Shown piece by piece: positions 38,701 through 47,973 of a DNA stretch of 64,000 nt. The notes under the pieces are model-generated. The model saw only the letters and a list, made by a program, of their open reading frames with translations, made no database searches and was not told the origin of the DNA. Source of the stretch: a virus. How positions within the stretch are numbered: the first letter of the stretch is position 1; each line of letters starts with the position of its first letter. Both the position numbers and the translations under genes were made by a program. The DNA lies in the IMG/VR virus record IMGVR_UViG_3300025324_000011, positions 32,985 through 96,984 of that record. The stretch is one strand, 5' to 3'.

Positions 38701-41700
38701 GCGTTTCGCGCACCTCTTGCTTGAAACCAGCGGCGAATTCTGCGTCAGATAGGTCGCGGAGCGCATCTTTCATTTTGAGTAGCGCACGCGTCCGCGCCTC
38801 CATTGCTGCGGCGCCATCGCCCACGATGGTCTTGAAAACGCTATCCATAGCCTGCTTATGGATTTGCTCTTCGGTGGTCAAATCGGATAGCGCTGCGCCG
38901 CTTTCTCGCGTAGCCGCAGTCCTCTTATTAATTGCGTCTATTTCGGCTTCGAATGCTGACTCACCAGCCTTTATCTTGACCGCATTGGCAGTCATAACCG
39001 TACCGAGGTGAGCGAGCGAGCGGGTATACAGGTCGTTAACTGTCACAAGACTATTGCGCAATTGCGCCATTTCCCGCATTTTCTCTGGATCGAGGCCAGC
39101 AGCAGACTGCGCTTCATCGAGTAGCGCAAGCGTCAACTCCAGGCGAGCAAGGCTAGATCCGAGATCTGCTACCGAGGCGGCGTATTCCTTGAGATCTCGC
39201 GTCTCACCTACATTCAATTGGAGTCCGACGCCGGCCGAGATGCTGGACTTCATGAGATCGACGAGCGCTTGATAGGATTCCTTCTCTCTATCGATCGCTT
39301 GCGCAGCTTCATCGCGCCGCGCAATATTCCTGGCGATTGATGATATTTCCTGTTCGCTAAGGTCTAGACCGACGGCCTGAAGCTTCAAGCGAATATCCCT
39401 GATCTTTCCCTCGGCTTCCCCGGCCGTCCTCATTTCCCTGAGAGCATCAGCACCGAGCACTGCTGCCCTTGCCTCACGCTCTCTCAGGTCTGCTTCAAGG
39501 GCAATTTCAGCCATCGCATCATGGGCAGCCTTGAGCGCTTTCTCCTGATCCTCTGAAAGCTTTCCTAATGTTAGGCCAAGGTTTTTTCCTAGCTCTTTAT
39601 TTTCTTCATCTACCAAGAATGCTCCATGCAGATAGGCTTTCCAGGTGTTCAGCAACCCTTCGTACTGCTGTCCAAGCGAGCGAACCAGGACTCTCTGTTC
39701 GTCCAACTCATCCTTGGTAACTCCCTTATCAGTCCAATCTACCAGGGTGTTAACGATTCCAGGAACTACTTTCTTTGCCTCCATCTCCCTCAGCTTGGCT
39801 TCTGCGTCAAGCTTAAGAGCCGCAGTAGATTGCATGTGAGCAAGTATATTTCTGTGCTGCTCTTCGGTTAGTCTCTTTGTTGCTCCGGCCAAGAGGTCAG
39901 TCGCAATCCTTGTTCTGTCTAATTGCTCAATTTCAAGCAACATTGCAGCGTGGGCTTCGTTCGTCCTCTTCGTGTAGAGATAAATGCCGCCCGCCAATAT
40001 AGCCAATGCCGCTATGACAATAGCTAATGGAGAGGCGAGCATGGCCGCATTGATCCCGAGAATCGAGGTCTGCAACAACTTTCCAGCCTTAGCTGCTTCC
40101 GCTAAGTTCCTCGCCAACCCGACCATGTTCAACGGGATGCGCAGTGCCAGATAGGCTACAAAAACAGACCTAACTTCATCTACGTTATCGGCCAGAAACT
40201 TCGCTGCCTTTGCGGCGGCTCCGAGAGCTTCTCCGAGCGTCTTGCCGATCTCGCGTGCGGCAGTCTTTAACTCATCCTCATTCAGCGATCTCTGCAAGCC
40301 CCTGAATTCTTCTATGAATCCAACCGCCATACCCTCGCCGAATGCCCGCTGTACGCTGGCCCAAGCATTCGCAATAAGCTGCAATTGTGATTCTACGGAC
40401 TTGGCTCCGCGTGCAAATTCATCCTGGAGAGCGGTATTGCGCTCCCATTCATCGGCCGCGCTCTTGAGGTTTGTCCGCAGGTTGTCAACGCGTTGAGCGA
40501 GCACCGGGAGCACGAGGGCGTTGCGATCCCCGGAAAGCTTAAATCTATCAAGCACTCCAGGCAAGTCTTCCGCCTTGACTTTTGCGATACCCTCCAAGAA
40601 CATCGTAAGAGCTTCAACGGCATCGCGTTCGAAGGTCTGTTTCAATTGCGCGCCGCTTTGTCCTGTCAATTTTTCGAGCAGTTTTAGCGATTGCCCGCCG
40701 CCATATATGGCGGATTGGATACCGCGGAAGGCGTCTGCGATAGCAGTCCTACCGATCTCTGCTTGGATGCCAAACGATTCAAGGGTTGCACCGAACGCAG
40801 CCGCCTCAGCACTGCTCACCCCAAAGATGGCCGATGCGCGAGCAACCTCTCCGGCGGTCCTGGCGATCGCTGCTTCAGTTGCGTTTGTGTCATTACCGAG
40901 CCTGGTGATGACGCTAGCCAATCGATCAACCGTATCCGCGCTTTCCCCTGTAACGGTCTGGAGACGCGCAAGCGTAGCTGCCGCATCACCGCCCGATAAG
41001 TCGCTGGTCCTTCCAAGCTTCGCGATTGTAGTAGTATACTTTTCTAGGTTCTGAACACCAGTGATACCAAGAGATCCAGCGGCTTGCCCGATATCAAGAA
41101 GTTCTTTCGTCGCTACCGGTAACTCTGTCGTTGAAAGGATATCAATTCGCTTGCCAAGCTTGGCCATCTCCGCGTCTGATAGGTTGGCCGTCTTCGCAAC
41201 GCCGATAAGTCCGGTCTCGAATTCGGTGAACGCTGCCAGGGAGCCGCGCGCGAACTGGATCGCTCCGAAGGCGCTCAATCCGGGAAGCAGTAGGCCGAGC
41301 GCGCCCCTCAGCTTCGATACAGATTGTTCGAACTGCTGAATTGATCTATTGTGCTTTTCGGTAGCGGCCGTCGCGGCGTGTTCGCGCTCCACCAGTTTAC
41401 TGAGCGCTGCGGCCTGAGAATTGGTGAGCTGCGCATTCTTTCCGCGAAGCTGAGCGCTGACCTCGGCGATCTTGTTTTCCTGAGCTACCGCCAGCCGTTC
41501 GCGATCGTAGGCAGCCGTCCCTTTCTGGAGTGCGGCAACAAGTCTTTCTTGCTGCGAGACATGACGGCCGTAATCAGCGGTAGACTTCGCGATCGTCGCG
41601 GCGTTGCGTTTTAATGTGTCGTCGTTCTTCTTTACTGCGTCGTCAAGGCTTTTTACCTTGTAGCCGAGTTTCGTAATGGCTGCTTCTAGGGCCTTGGCCG

Positions 41701-41746
41701 CGGCCTCGCCCTGCCGACCCTCAACCTCAAGAATCAGTTGAGCCAT
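35756..41746 (-). CDS. tail tape measure protein (TP901 family)
   Basis: 1996 aa, Ala/Leu-rich and helical; FETGLIGVAKTA...ITRLGNDTNATE core. Confidence 0.95.
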   Translation of the reverse strand: MAQLILEVEGRQGEAAAKALEAAITKLGYKVKSLDDAVKKNDDTLKRNAATIAKSTADYGRHVSQQERLVAALQKGTAAYDRERLAVAQENKIAEVSAQLRGKNAQLTNSQAAALSKLVEREHAATAATEKHNRSIQQFEQSVSKLRGALGLLLPGLSAFGAIQFARGSLAAFTEFETGLIGVAKTANLSDAEMAKLGKRIDILSTTELPVATKELLDIGQAAGSLGITGVQNLEKYTTTIAKLGRTSDLSGGDAAATLARLQTVTGESADTVDRLASVITRLGNDTNATEAAIARTAGEVARASAIFGVSSAEAAAFGATLESFGIQAEIGRTAIADAFRGIQSAIYGGGQSLKLLEKLTGQSGAQLKQTFERDAVEALTMFLEGIAKVKAEDLPGVLDRFKLSGDRNALVLPVLAQRVDNLRTNLKSAADEWERNTALQDEFARGAKSVESQLQLIANAWASVQRAFGEGMAVGFIEEFRGLQRSLNEDELKTAAREIGKTLGEALGAAAKAAKFLADNVDEVRSVFVAYLALRIPLNMVGLARNLAEAAKAGKLLQTSILGINAAMLASPLAIVIAALAILAGGIYLYTKRTNEAHAAMLLEIEQLDRTRIATDLLAGATKRLTEEQHRNILAHMQSTAALKLDAEAKLREMEAKKVVPGIVNTLVDWTDKGVTKDELDEQRVLVRSLGQQYEGLLNTWKAYLHGAFLVDEENKELGKNLGLTLGKLSEDQEKALKAAHDAMAEIALEADLREREARAAVLGADALREMRTAGEAEGKIRDIRLKLQAVGLDLSEQEISSIARNIARRDEAAQAIDREKESYQALVDLMKSSISAGVGLQLNVGETRDLKEYAASVADLGSSLARLELTLALLDEAQSAAGLDPEKMREMAQLRNSLVTVNDLYTRSLAHLGTVMTANAVKIKAGESAFEAEIDAINKRTAATRESGAALSDLTTEEQIHKQAMDSVFKTIVGDGAAAMEARTRALLKMKDALRDLSDAEFAAGFKQEVRETLGIPDYARIKAETERINELLARGFLTAAEAAVLFQNRILEMHPRFAEMADGFASVFADAFHEIIMTGEIDFEKFGESIKSVFADTLSDILQEWLAKWFRAMAEWLIRWIATQRAAQVASAQTGAVSAASGGGGGAFGALAGGAGSGSLSGTVSGGGMSGLFGGTGAYGATGAGLAWMGVFAAAVAVLLNQQKTSGRAEVDTGISFGGVGGIDMDYDLSRFNRQGGPGRFTAQLKATQGIIDSVVAFLEGLGAQIDRFSEKTASLQISREGQGKRTQWIVRYADGMIKNFGRDMEAAFEFATIQAIKATPTIGLDPIVLRAIQQSTAETMDDFQNEIAKAQELALLGLDQVQIDLRSAFQQLNLRIADAISMLGKSPELDQAISNIIGSFLNSLISQRDAITGKQLSPQEELERQKQRATLFNAELQLMTARLTAEKANLIAQRDMTRSEIDLWRAENEGRLIQLKVKGTILQGESEIFNQFAQNMGATIIASLAALDLQIEAIQKVLDALAAIKPIDLGEITIPRGGGGRGAKGEVKDFIADRRRALLPDLQQQLADLNETYDGQLKKVKGNADLIKQLNELRAREIALLAQQVKRDLITPYLGDPMSAKRSPFAQQESDIVKQYADLRKIAKDLGIPLWQVNQAERERIRLLQLEAAASAGSRLAQTQLELENLGKTINYLRLRAVENADALRAIGDEQFLSLGDSLMGFLDKYYKGAAGFEDFRLKLEQVRFELEFANMQLQFEMLKKMGIFTEEQIAFIGGAIDWIRGNKPDLDAIANPPQSAAGFSQAVDSTVSDLERLREEFIKAKDDIRSFLEGIARGEVGGVAPDQAIAAAQGQFGDLIARARGGSLEAFQQAAPAARDLIESLKKYSPALFAVELPRIQEALRGLLNVDTIRQGNLVVSDKFAQQQRHNETVGTLNNGFGNLVSYADRQARTQDRMSEQLEALVTEQRMTNGRLMRIETQRSGGKNVGTVISA

Positions 41747-42668
41747 TACACGCTTTCAGGTGGACGAAGAACACTCGGTTTCAAACCCGAGCGTAGAACG
41801 TGTGCCGCCTCTTGCCACACCTGCCGCCAAAATAGACGCTCCTCGTAACCGAGGATGCCATTGTCGCGGAGTATGCAATCCATGCTCTCGCGGTCAAGTT
41901 GGCCAGAAAAACCATCCCGCTTGATCTCAAAAAACTCTCGCCATGCCCACTCGCTCAAATCGGAAAGCGCAGGTAGATCATCGTGCAGGCATGGCACGTC
42001 AAGGCGCTCTTGTTTGAGATGCGCGCGATAGATTGCGAGGTCGCTTTCTGTCGCCGCTTCTCTTTGCTCGGGCGTTGCGTCTTTCGTAGCGAGAGCTTCC
42101 AGCCGAGCCTGCCACTCAGCCCTCGCTATTATTCCCCCCGTGCTTGCTCCCGGAGGCGTTTTGCGATTCCAGAAAGCCGGTTGTAATGTTCCGAAACGAA
42201 CTCCCTGAAGCGCTTCGATCCCCTGTATATCCTCTGGAAATCCTTTTCACTGTAGGGCCATTCAGAACCGTCCTTGTGCTTCGCGCCTCGCCACTCCTTG
42301 ACGCCGCGGCCTGCGATCAAGGCGTCTGCCGTGAGCATGTCGGCAGCGCCAAACGGGAGATCATCTTTCTCCCCGATCTTGTTCTTCCTGCGGTATGCCT
42401 TTTCTAGCCGCTGATACTCGTTCGTCACAGCCAGGTTTCCGGTGATCCACACCTCCCATCCGGGAACGTTCGGCCACTCGAAAAAACGTCCGCTGAGATC
42501 CTCTTCCTCCCGTGCGAGAAGATCTTCAATGCTCTCGAAACGCTCAGCCTTGACAACAAAAGCTTCCCCGTCGCTTGCGAGAAGAGCCTCCAGGCTGCTA
42601 AGCATTTCCGGAGTAGATTCTCCGCCATCTCCACTATCAACCAACAGACGCAGGGATGTATCACTCAT
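41746..42668 (-). CDS. tail assembly chaperone G (42129-42668) and G-T fusion via -1 frameshift
   Basis: GGGGGAA at 42132-42138 immediately before TAA; the -1 frame is open to 41746, abutting the tape measure start. Confidence 0.8.
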
Positions 42669-42702
42669 CGTTATCCGCCTTTCGGAAAGTCACTGAAACT
42701 AA

Positions 42703-43920
42703 TCACGCCGGCACGTCAAAAACGGCCCACTGGAAACCGAATCCGGACGACTTGTACGCTGAGCTATTGTCCTTCGCCGGATCATGGACACTCAGCGTCA
42801 CGGGGAGGCTGATAACCTCGTTCGGACCACCGAAAGTCTCATCCCCAGAATCTGGCCTCAGCGCTGGCAGGAAGAATAGCTTGCGATTGCCTTGGAGGTC
42901 AACACAATCCCAGGCCGCTGCCATCGTGGTGTGGCTTTGGATGAGATCGGAAAGCGCCGTCCGCGCGGTGTCATCGAATCGCGCAGTAACTTGAAGCTGC
43001 GTCCCATCATAGTTGCCGAGATCCTGTTGCGCTGGACCGTCAGATCCGAGTCCGTAGACACCCTGGACAGCCTGCTGAATCGTCAACGAGAGATCCGAGA
43101 TAATGAGGGTTGACGGATCGCCAATACCCTGACCAGTGCTCGCGTTTGCCAGCCAGATCGAGTTGATGTCGTCTACCGCGGTGAAGAAATCGGAGGTTGG
43201 CGCCGCGAGATCAGCGCCAGTCCCGATCGTGGCGCTTATCGGCGTGGGGTGCTTGCCTACGCCAGTCCAAGATTCAGTGACATATGAACCCTGCTTCCAG
43301 TTGATCACGTTCTGAGACCACATGATCCCGGTTTCGCTCTTGAATTGACTGGTCAGATCTGTAATATGCGTCTGAGCGGAATAGAACTTTTCCGTGGTGC
43401 CGTCCTTCTGCCGGCGAGTCCTTATCCTGACAGAGGCACCAGCAGAAAAGTTTTGCAGCTGAGTCGCAGGAACGGTGATCGCGCCCGCCGCCGCCGAGGT
43501 GACAGGGCCGTACCAGTCAGCGGTATTCGGAGAGATGCCGACTCCGTCGATGTAAACCCAGTCTCCATCATCGATCGCTCCGAGGCCGTTCGCGGAGTCG
43601 GCTATGACGCCGCTCGCCGCAGAGATCGTGATAGCGGTGATAGAAACAGCGGCAGATCGGCTTGCGCCTGCCAATCCTTCCCACGGGAGAAGCGTGTTCT
43701 CGTACTGGAGATAGGTTGTGAATGCGAAAGTCCCATCCTTCTGCAAAATACGCGACGGGTGCGTGCGGCGGTCTCCGGTGTACACTGCGGGCTTTCCGAT
43801 ATTGCGCTGCCGGCCAAAGGTCAGACCGGTTACATTGATCAGTTGGAGCGCGGCGGCGGGAGTAACCCCGTAGGAGGATTCCTCAACAATACCGATCTTC
43901 GTGAATGTCGCGGTGCTCAT
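42703..43920 (-). CDS. major tail tube protein
   Basis: IVEESSYGVTP N-terminus; position before the chaperones. Confidence 0.85.
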   Translation of the reverse strand: MSTATFTKIGIVEESSYGVTPAAALQLINVTGLTFGRQRNIGKPAVYTGDRRTHPSRILQKDGTFAFTTYLQYENTLLPWEGLAGASRSAAVSITAITISAASGVIADSANGLGAIDDGDWVYIDGVGISPNTADWYGPVTSAAAGAITVPATQLQNFSAGASVRIRTRRQKDGTTEKFYSAQTHITDLTSQFKSETGIMWSQNVINWKQGSYVTESWTGVGKHPTPISATIGTGADLAAPTSDFFTAVDDINSIWLANASTGQGIGDPSTLIISDLSLTIQQAVQGVYGLGSDGPAQQDLGNYDGTQLQVTARFDDTARTALSDLIQSHTTMAAAWDCVDLQGNRKLFFLPALRPDSGDETFGGPNEVISLPVTLSVHDPAKDNSSAYKSSGFGFQWAVFDVPA

Positions 43921-44147
43921 TTCGCGTCCCCTTCTGGCGCTTCAACCTGCGCCTGAGCTGCATCCTCGGCCAGCAGCTCATTGGAATGATCCCTTTCCTC
44001 TTTTCTCGACTTGCGCAGAGCCTTCTTGACTTCTTTCAGCGCCTCGATTTCTCGCGACGTCTCATTTTCAAGCGCGCGAGCGTCCCACCGCTTGAGATCT
44101 TCTTCATTGCAGTCGTGATACTGACCTTCGATGTAAACACGAGACAT
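43917..44147 (-). CDS. small hypothetical protein
   Basis: AGGAG RBS; ATGA overlap. Confidence 0.65.
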   Translation of the reverse strand: MSRVYIEGQYHDCNEEDLKRWDARALENETSREIEALKEVKKALRKSRKEERDHSNELLAEDAAQAQVEAPEGDAK

Positions 44148-44158
44148 CGCAGTTTCTC

Positions 44159-44956
44159 CTATACCGTTGCTCCCGGTTCTATGCTCACCAGGAGGAGATT
44201 CGCGTTCTTTATCGTCCCTAAGCGCTGCCTGAAGCCGCTCACTGGCTCGGTCGTGGTGATCGCACCGTTCGTGCCCAACCAGATATCTCCGCTCGCCCCG
44301 AGCCCATGCGTAAAGCCCTGAAGCCCGTGCGTTGCAACCTGAAAGCTATCCCCTTGCACGGCGATCAAAATGGACTGCGCGCGAACCGAGGTTGCTGCGC
44401 TAGCCTTGATCCATGATCCGCTGGATAACGCGAGGGCCAAGGTTCCACTGAAGCCGTGCGACGCCTGCGAGAAGTTCATGCGCCCGTTGATCTCGGACAT
44501 TGCCAGTCCCTCGGTCCGCAAATTACATAGGAATGGAACTGAAAGGCTTATTTGATGCCAGTTTCCTTCGGCATCTAGCGCATAGTCCGGGGTCACCGAT
44601 TGACAATGAATACCGTCGAATCTCTGATAGCGGAAAACATTCGCAACCTGCCCTGCGGTCTGTTCCACCAATTCGTCGGCGACAGCCGAAAGTCCGTAGG
44701 GTCCGAACACCTGCACACTGATAATTCCCCTGCCAACCGCCCAATGCGATCCGCCGCCCCATGCCGCAGGATCGGCCTTGTACATATGGCTTGGGCGAAT
44801 CCACAGGGAATTGGCGGGTGTCGTCGTATTGACCGTAGGCGGAGTATAGGTCGCAGCTCCGTAGTAATCCCACGCAATGTTAGGAGTAGGAGAGTTGAGC
44901 AAGATTCGACTCCGAATTGCCTGAGAAATCGCCAGCTCTGCCCCCGTCCCTTCCAT
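44159..44956 (-). CDS. tail terminator-like protein with extra C-terminal domain
   Basis: GIISVQVFGPYG...WHQISLSVPF followed by a 113-aa extension. Confidence 0.7.
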   Translation of the reverse strand: MEGTGAELAISQAIRSRILLNSPTPNIAWDYYGAATYTPPTVNTTTPANSLWIRPSHMYKADPAAWGGGSHWAVGRGIISVQVFGPYGLSAVADELVEQTAGQVANVFRYQRFDGIHCQSVTPDYALDAEGNWHQISLSVPFLCNLRTEGLAMSEINGRMNFSQASHGFSGTLALALSSGSWIKASAATSVRAQSILIAVQGDSFQVATHGLQGFTHGLGASGDIWLGTNGAITTTEPVSGFRQRLGTIKNANLLLVSIEPGATV

Positions 44957-44962
44957 GCAACA

Positions 44963-45400
44963 TCAACCCCCGGGCACCAGCTCGCTCTGCCGAATGACAA
45001 GCGAGTCCGCCTTCTCGAGCGCTGCCTGCCAAAACGGACGGGCCGCCATCTTGACCGTGCCGCGATTGACAAAATCAGAGTATGGAGCTGCGGAGGTGAT
45101 TCCATAGAGATCGCTTGGACCGCGAGCGTTGAGCCGTGCGATGCTCTGCATAACTTGCGCGCCGGACAGAGAGGTTCCGCGAGCCTGATCCGTAACCTTC
45201 GGATTGAAACTCAGGTCTGGCGTGCCTACCCATGCGCGAATATGGGCTTTCATTGCGCCAGTCCTGACGGCCGCGAATCCGCTTGCTGTTTGCAGGGCTT
45301 CAATGCAGACTTTCGTTCCGAACAGCCTTAAATCGAATGGAAGATCCTGCGTTTTCCACCTTTCGATCTGCGAAATGAACTCTCCGGCATTCGTCGGCAT
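44963..45400 (-). CDS. neck protein, HK97 gp10-like
   Basis: AVRTGAMK, APYSDFVNRGTVKMAARPF. Confidence 0.85.
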   Translation of the reverse strand: MPTNAGEFISQIERWKTQDLPFDLRLFGTKVCIEALQTASGFAAVRTGAMKAHIRAWVGTPDLSFNPKVTDQARGTSLSGAQVMQSIARLNARGPSDLYGITSAAPYSDFVNRGTVKMAARPFWQAALEKADSLVIRQSELVPGG

Positions 45401-45738
45401 TACGCACTCCTCAGCCAGAGCTTATAAAAGAGATTCCCTGCATCCGTGACAAGATTTCTTGTCTTCCCTGGAACAATTCGCCATTGACGCGATCCGAGGA
45501 TCAGGAAGTCCCCCGCCTTCGGCTCGCTGGTCAATGCCGCATCGGTTGCCGCGATCATCGTTGTCATAAGGCGTTCGATCACTCTTCCGTCTTCGATCAC
45601 TTCCTCTTCTCGAATCGGCGTTGCCTTGACCCCGCTGTCTTGAGTCGTGCTCGGCATATGCTTAATTGTCACGGCAAACCCGTATTCATCGATCAATTCG
45701 AGGATAGTCTGCTGTGTCTCTTCGTAGTCGAAGGCCAT
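45400..45738 (-). CDS. head closure-like protein
   Basis: LIDEYG...EPKAGD...YKLWLR; position in neck module. Confidence 0.7.
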   Translation of the reverse strand: MAFDYEETQQTILELIDEYGFAVTIKHMPSTTQDSGVKATPIREEEVIEDGRVIERLMTTMIAATDAALTSEPKAGDFLILGSRQWRIVPGKTRNLVTDAGNLFYKLWLRSA

Positions 45739-45742
45739 TGGC

Positions 45743-46285
45743 TTACCTGTACTGCCTATAACCAATCAAGTCCGGGGGAGACGGTTTGGAAAATTTCATC
45801 CTCGGTCTCAGCGGAAGAACGAGCATGGCGAGATGCTTTTCAACATCCTCGAACAGCGGCGTGGCCGGCGCGTCATCAAAAAACTCTTCTTCGATAGCCC
45901 CCTCCACCGCAACCCGCTTGATGCGTCCACCGCGCTTGTAAACTTTCGATAGCGTCCCCAGCTTCGCGAGCAATGAAGCTTCACAGTGCGCGAATTTCCA
46001 TTCCTTGACAACTGTACTAATCGCGATGGTTCGGCCATCGAGATATTCGGCGTCGATCCGAGGAAAGGACAGTGCTTGCCCAGCGACCTGGCGATCTCCA
46101 GATAGGCGTAATCCGTACACGCCTTCCAGCCAATCTGAGCCCTGACGCGCGTAGGCTTCTTTTTCTGCCGCAGTACCAGCCCACTGAACATTGCCCCTAT
46201 TCGCGAAGTAGGTATCAATCTCCGCCACGGAATTCGGAGATTCGGCGGCGGCCTCACCTGCGCCAGTTCCAACAACAAGACTCAT
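45743..46285 (-). CDS. head-tail adaptor (DnaT-like family)
   Basis: SVAEIDTYFANRG...QALSFPR...IKRVAVEG. Confidence 0.75.
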   Translation of the reverse strand: MSLVVGTGAGEAAAESPNSVAEIDTYFANRGNVQWAGTAAEKEAYARQGSDWLEGVYGLRLSGDRQVAGQALSFPRIDAEYLDGRTIAISTVVKEWKFAHCEASLLAKLGTLSKVYKRGGRIKRVAVEGAIEEEFFDDAPATPLFEDVEKHLAMLVLPLRPRMKFSKPSPPDLIGYRQYR

Positions 46286-46995
46286 ATTGCGATTCCGTCA
46301 GCGTGATAGTACAGCACCAATTTGAGGACATCCTGCTGCAATGATTCCGGCAATAGCTCGCAGGCGCGACCCGTCCAGACCACCGAGCTATCAGCGACGA
46401 CTGCATCCTGCGCCGGCAACGTCGGCTGCGTGAGGCCAGAGGTGCCAGCCGCGCTGCATTCCAAGTAGAGATCGCTGTATTCCCAATCCGTACGCATGAC
46501 AATATCGCCAGCCGCGTAGGCCGTGCTGGCGGTCCATGTCGTAGCTTGCCCAGGCATGATCCATCCGGAATAATAGACGGCTTGATAGAACATTGCGCGC
46601 TCACCAAATGCCTGATCAGTGAATCCAGCGCTAAATGCCCTATCGTCTTCCCACCCGTTTTCCAAGTAGATTTGATCGCGAAACTGACCAATGATTTTTG
46701 CGCCGGAGACCTCCGATCCATCACGGGTCAGACTTGCAATCGTTTCGAGCGGATGCCGCGTTGGTCGCCACACCAATCCGCCGGCGCCGCTGAAATCCTC
46801 CTGAATTTTCTCCCGCCACGGCGGATATCCGAGATATGGATGAGAGGCAAGCAACTCAGAAGCTTGACGGATGTACCGATCAAGATCGGTGGTCAGAATG
46901 CTCAACCCCTTGAGCCGCAATTCCCTTCTAACTACTTCTCGCGAGATCATGGCGCGGCTCTTCGCCGATTGCAAAACGGTTATTTGCCGCGCCAT
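46282..46995 (-). CDS. head-tail connector (gp6-like) with inserted carbohydrate-binding-like module
   Basis: VVRRELRL...YIRQASE; WTASTAYAAGDIV...CSAAGTSG...VVW insert; LPESLQQDVL. Confidence 0.7.
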   Translation of the reverse strand: MARQITVLQSAKSRAMISREVVRRELRLKGLSILTTDLDRYIRQASELLASHPYLGYPPWREKIQEDFSGAGGLVWRPTRHPLETIASLTRDGSEVSGAKIIGQFRDQIYLENGWEDDRAFSAGFTDQAFGERAMFYQAVYYSGWIMPGQATTWTASTAYAAGDIVMRTDWEYSDLYLECSAAGTSGLTQPTLPAQDAVVADSSVVWTGRACELLPESLQQDVLKLVLYYHADGIAI

Positions 46996-46999
46996 CCCA

Positions 47000-47485
47000 T
47001 CACGCTTCCTTGTCTCCGCCCTTGATCATCTTGTCGATCGGTGGACGGCGGATCATGCGACGCACGGGCTGATTCTCTTCCTTTTCATCGTCCGTCAAGC
47101 TCAATAGCGGCTGCTCTGGCTTCTCTTCCTTGTAATACACGGCAACAGGCGGGCGCCGCCGTCCATCTGCCTCGCTCCCCAATACATAGGTTTCTGCCAC
47201 GTCCCGAGGGAAGCCAGCAATCTCGCCAGCCCGATAGCGTCCGCAGTTTTGAGTAAACTGCACGGAGACCAGCGAATCAGAGGGAACCACGGTCGGCACC
47301 GGCGACGAAGGCAACGCGTGCTTTCCAGCGATGAAAAGCTCGGCGATCGGTCCCTTTGATCCATCTGCCTTAGGGCGCCGCATCTTGAGGATGGCATCCG
47401 CTTCGCTCGGATTAAAACCAGCCACCTCCCCGGCGCCGTAGTTCTGCCATGGCCGATTGAAGTAAAGCGACACAAGATCAGGCAT
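47000..47485 (-). CDS. head-associated protein with duplicated Y-x-AGE-x-AGF motif
   Basis: YGAGEVAGF and YRAGEIAGF. Confidence 0.7.
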   Translation of the reverse strand: MPDLVSLYFNRPWQNYGAGEVAGFNPSEADAILKMRRPKADGSKGPIAELFIAGKHALPSSPVPTVVPSDSLVSVQFTQNCGRYRAGEIAGFPRDVAETYVLGSEADGRRRPPVAVYYKEEKPEQPLLSLTDDEKEENQPVRRMIRRPPIDKMIKGGDKEA

Positions 47486-47943
47486 CAGAAGCCCTCCGAT
47501 TTCGGCATGATGATCGCAGCAGACCACGTGAGGGTGTCTGTCGCGGTGTTACTGAGATCTGGAGTAATCTGCGCGCGGATAAATGCGCGCGCGCCAGCGA
47601 GATTGGTAAGCAAGCATTCGTAGGTTCCCTCGACGGTGGCTCCGCCGCTCGGACCAGTGGCTACGACCGTCGCGGTAAACGCCGTCCCGAAGTCCGCAGC
47701 CCCGGTACCCGCCGCAGCAGTCGCATCCTGAAGATTGCCGGCGAAGCTCAGCGTTTTATCCTCAGCGAGGACGGCTTTGTACGTAATCACCACGACACAA
47801 GACTGCGATCCATAGGTCGTACGATCGCCCCATGGGCCGTTGACCTCCGTTGCGTCGCCAGTGCCAGCAGCGGTAGCAGTGCCAGCCCCACCACTAAGCG
47901 ACGTGAGGTGGCGGCCTACGCTATGTTCATTTGCAAAGCTCAT
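47485..47943 (-). CDS. putative capsid decoration protein
   Basis: Directly after the major capsid gene; A/T/G-rich; ARAFIRAQITP. Confidence 0.7.
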   Translation of the reverse strand: MSFANEHSVGRHLTSLSGGAGTATAAGTGDATEVNGPWGDRTTYGSQSCVVVITYKAVLAEDKTLSFAGNLQDATAAAGTGAADFGTAFTATVVATGPSGGATVEGTYECLLTNLAGARAFIRAQITPDLSNTATDTLTWSAAIIMPKSEGF

Positions 47944-47973
47944 AGCCTTTTCTCCCCTTAAGCCGATTCCTTT

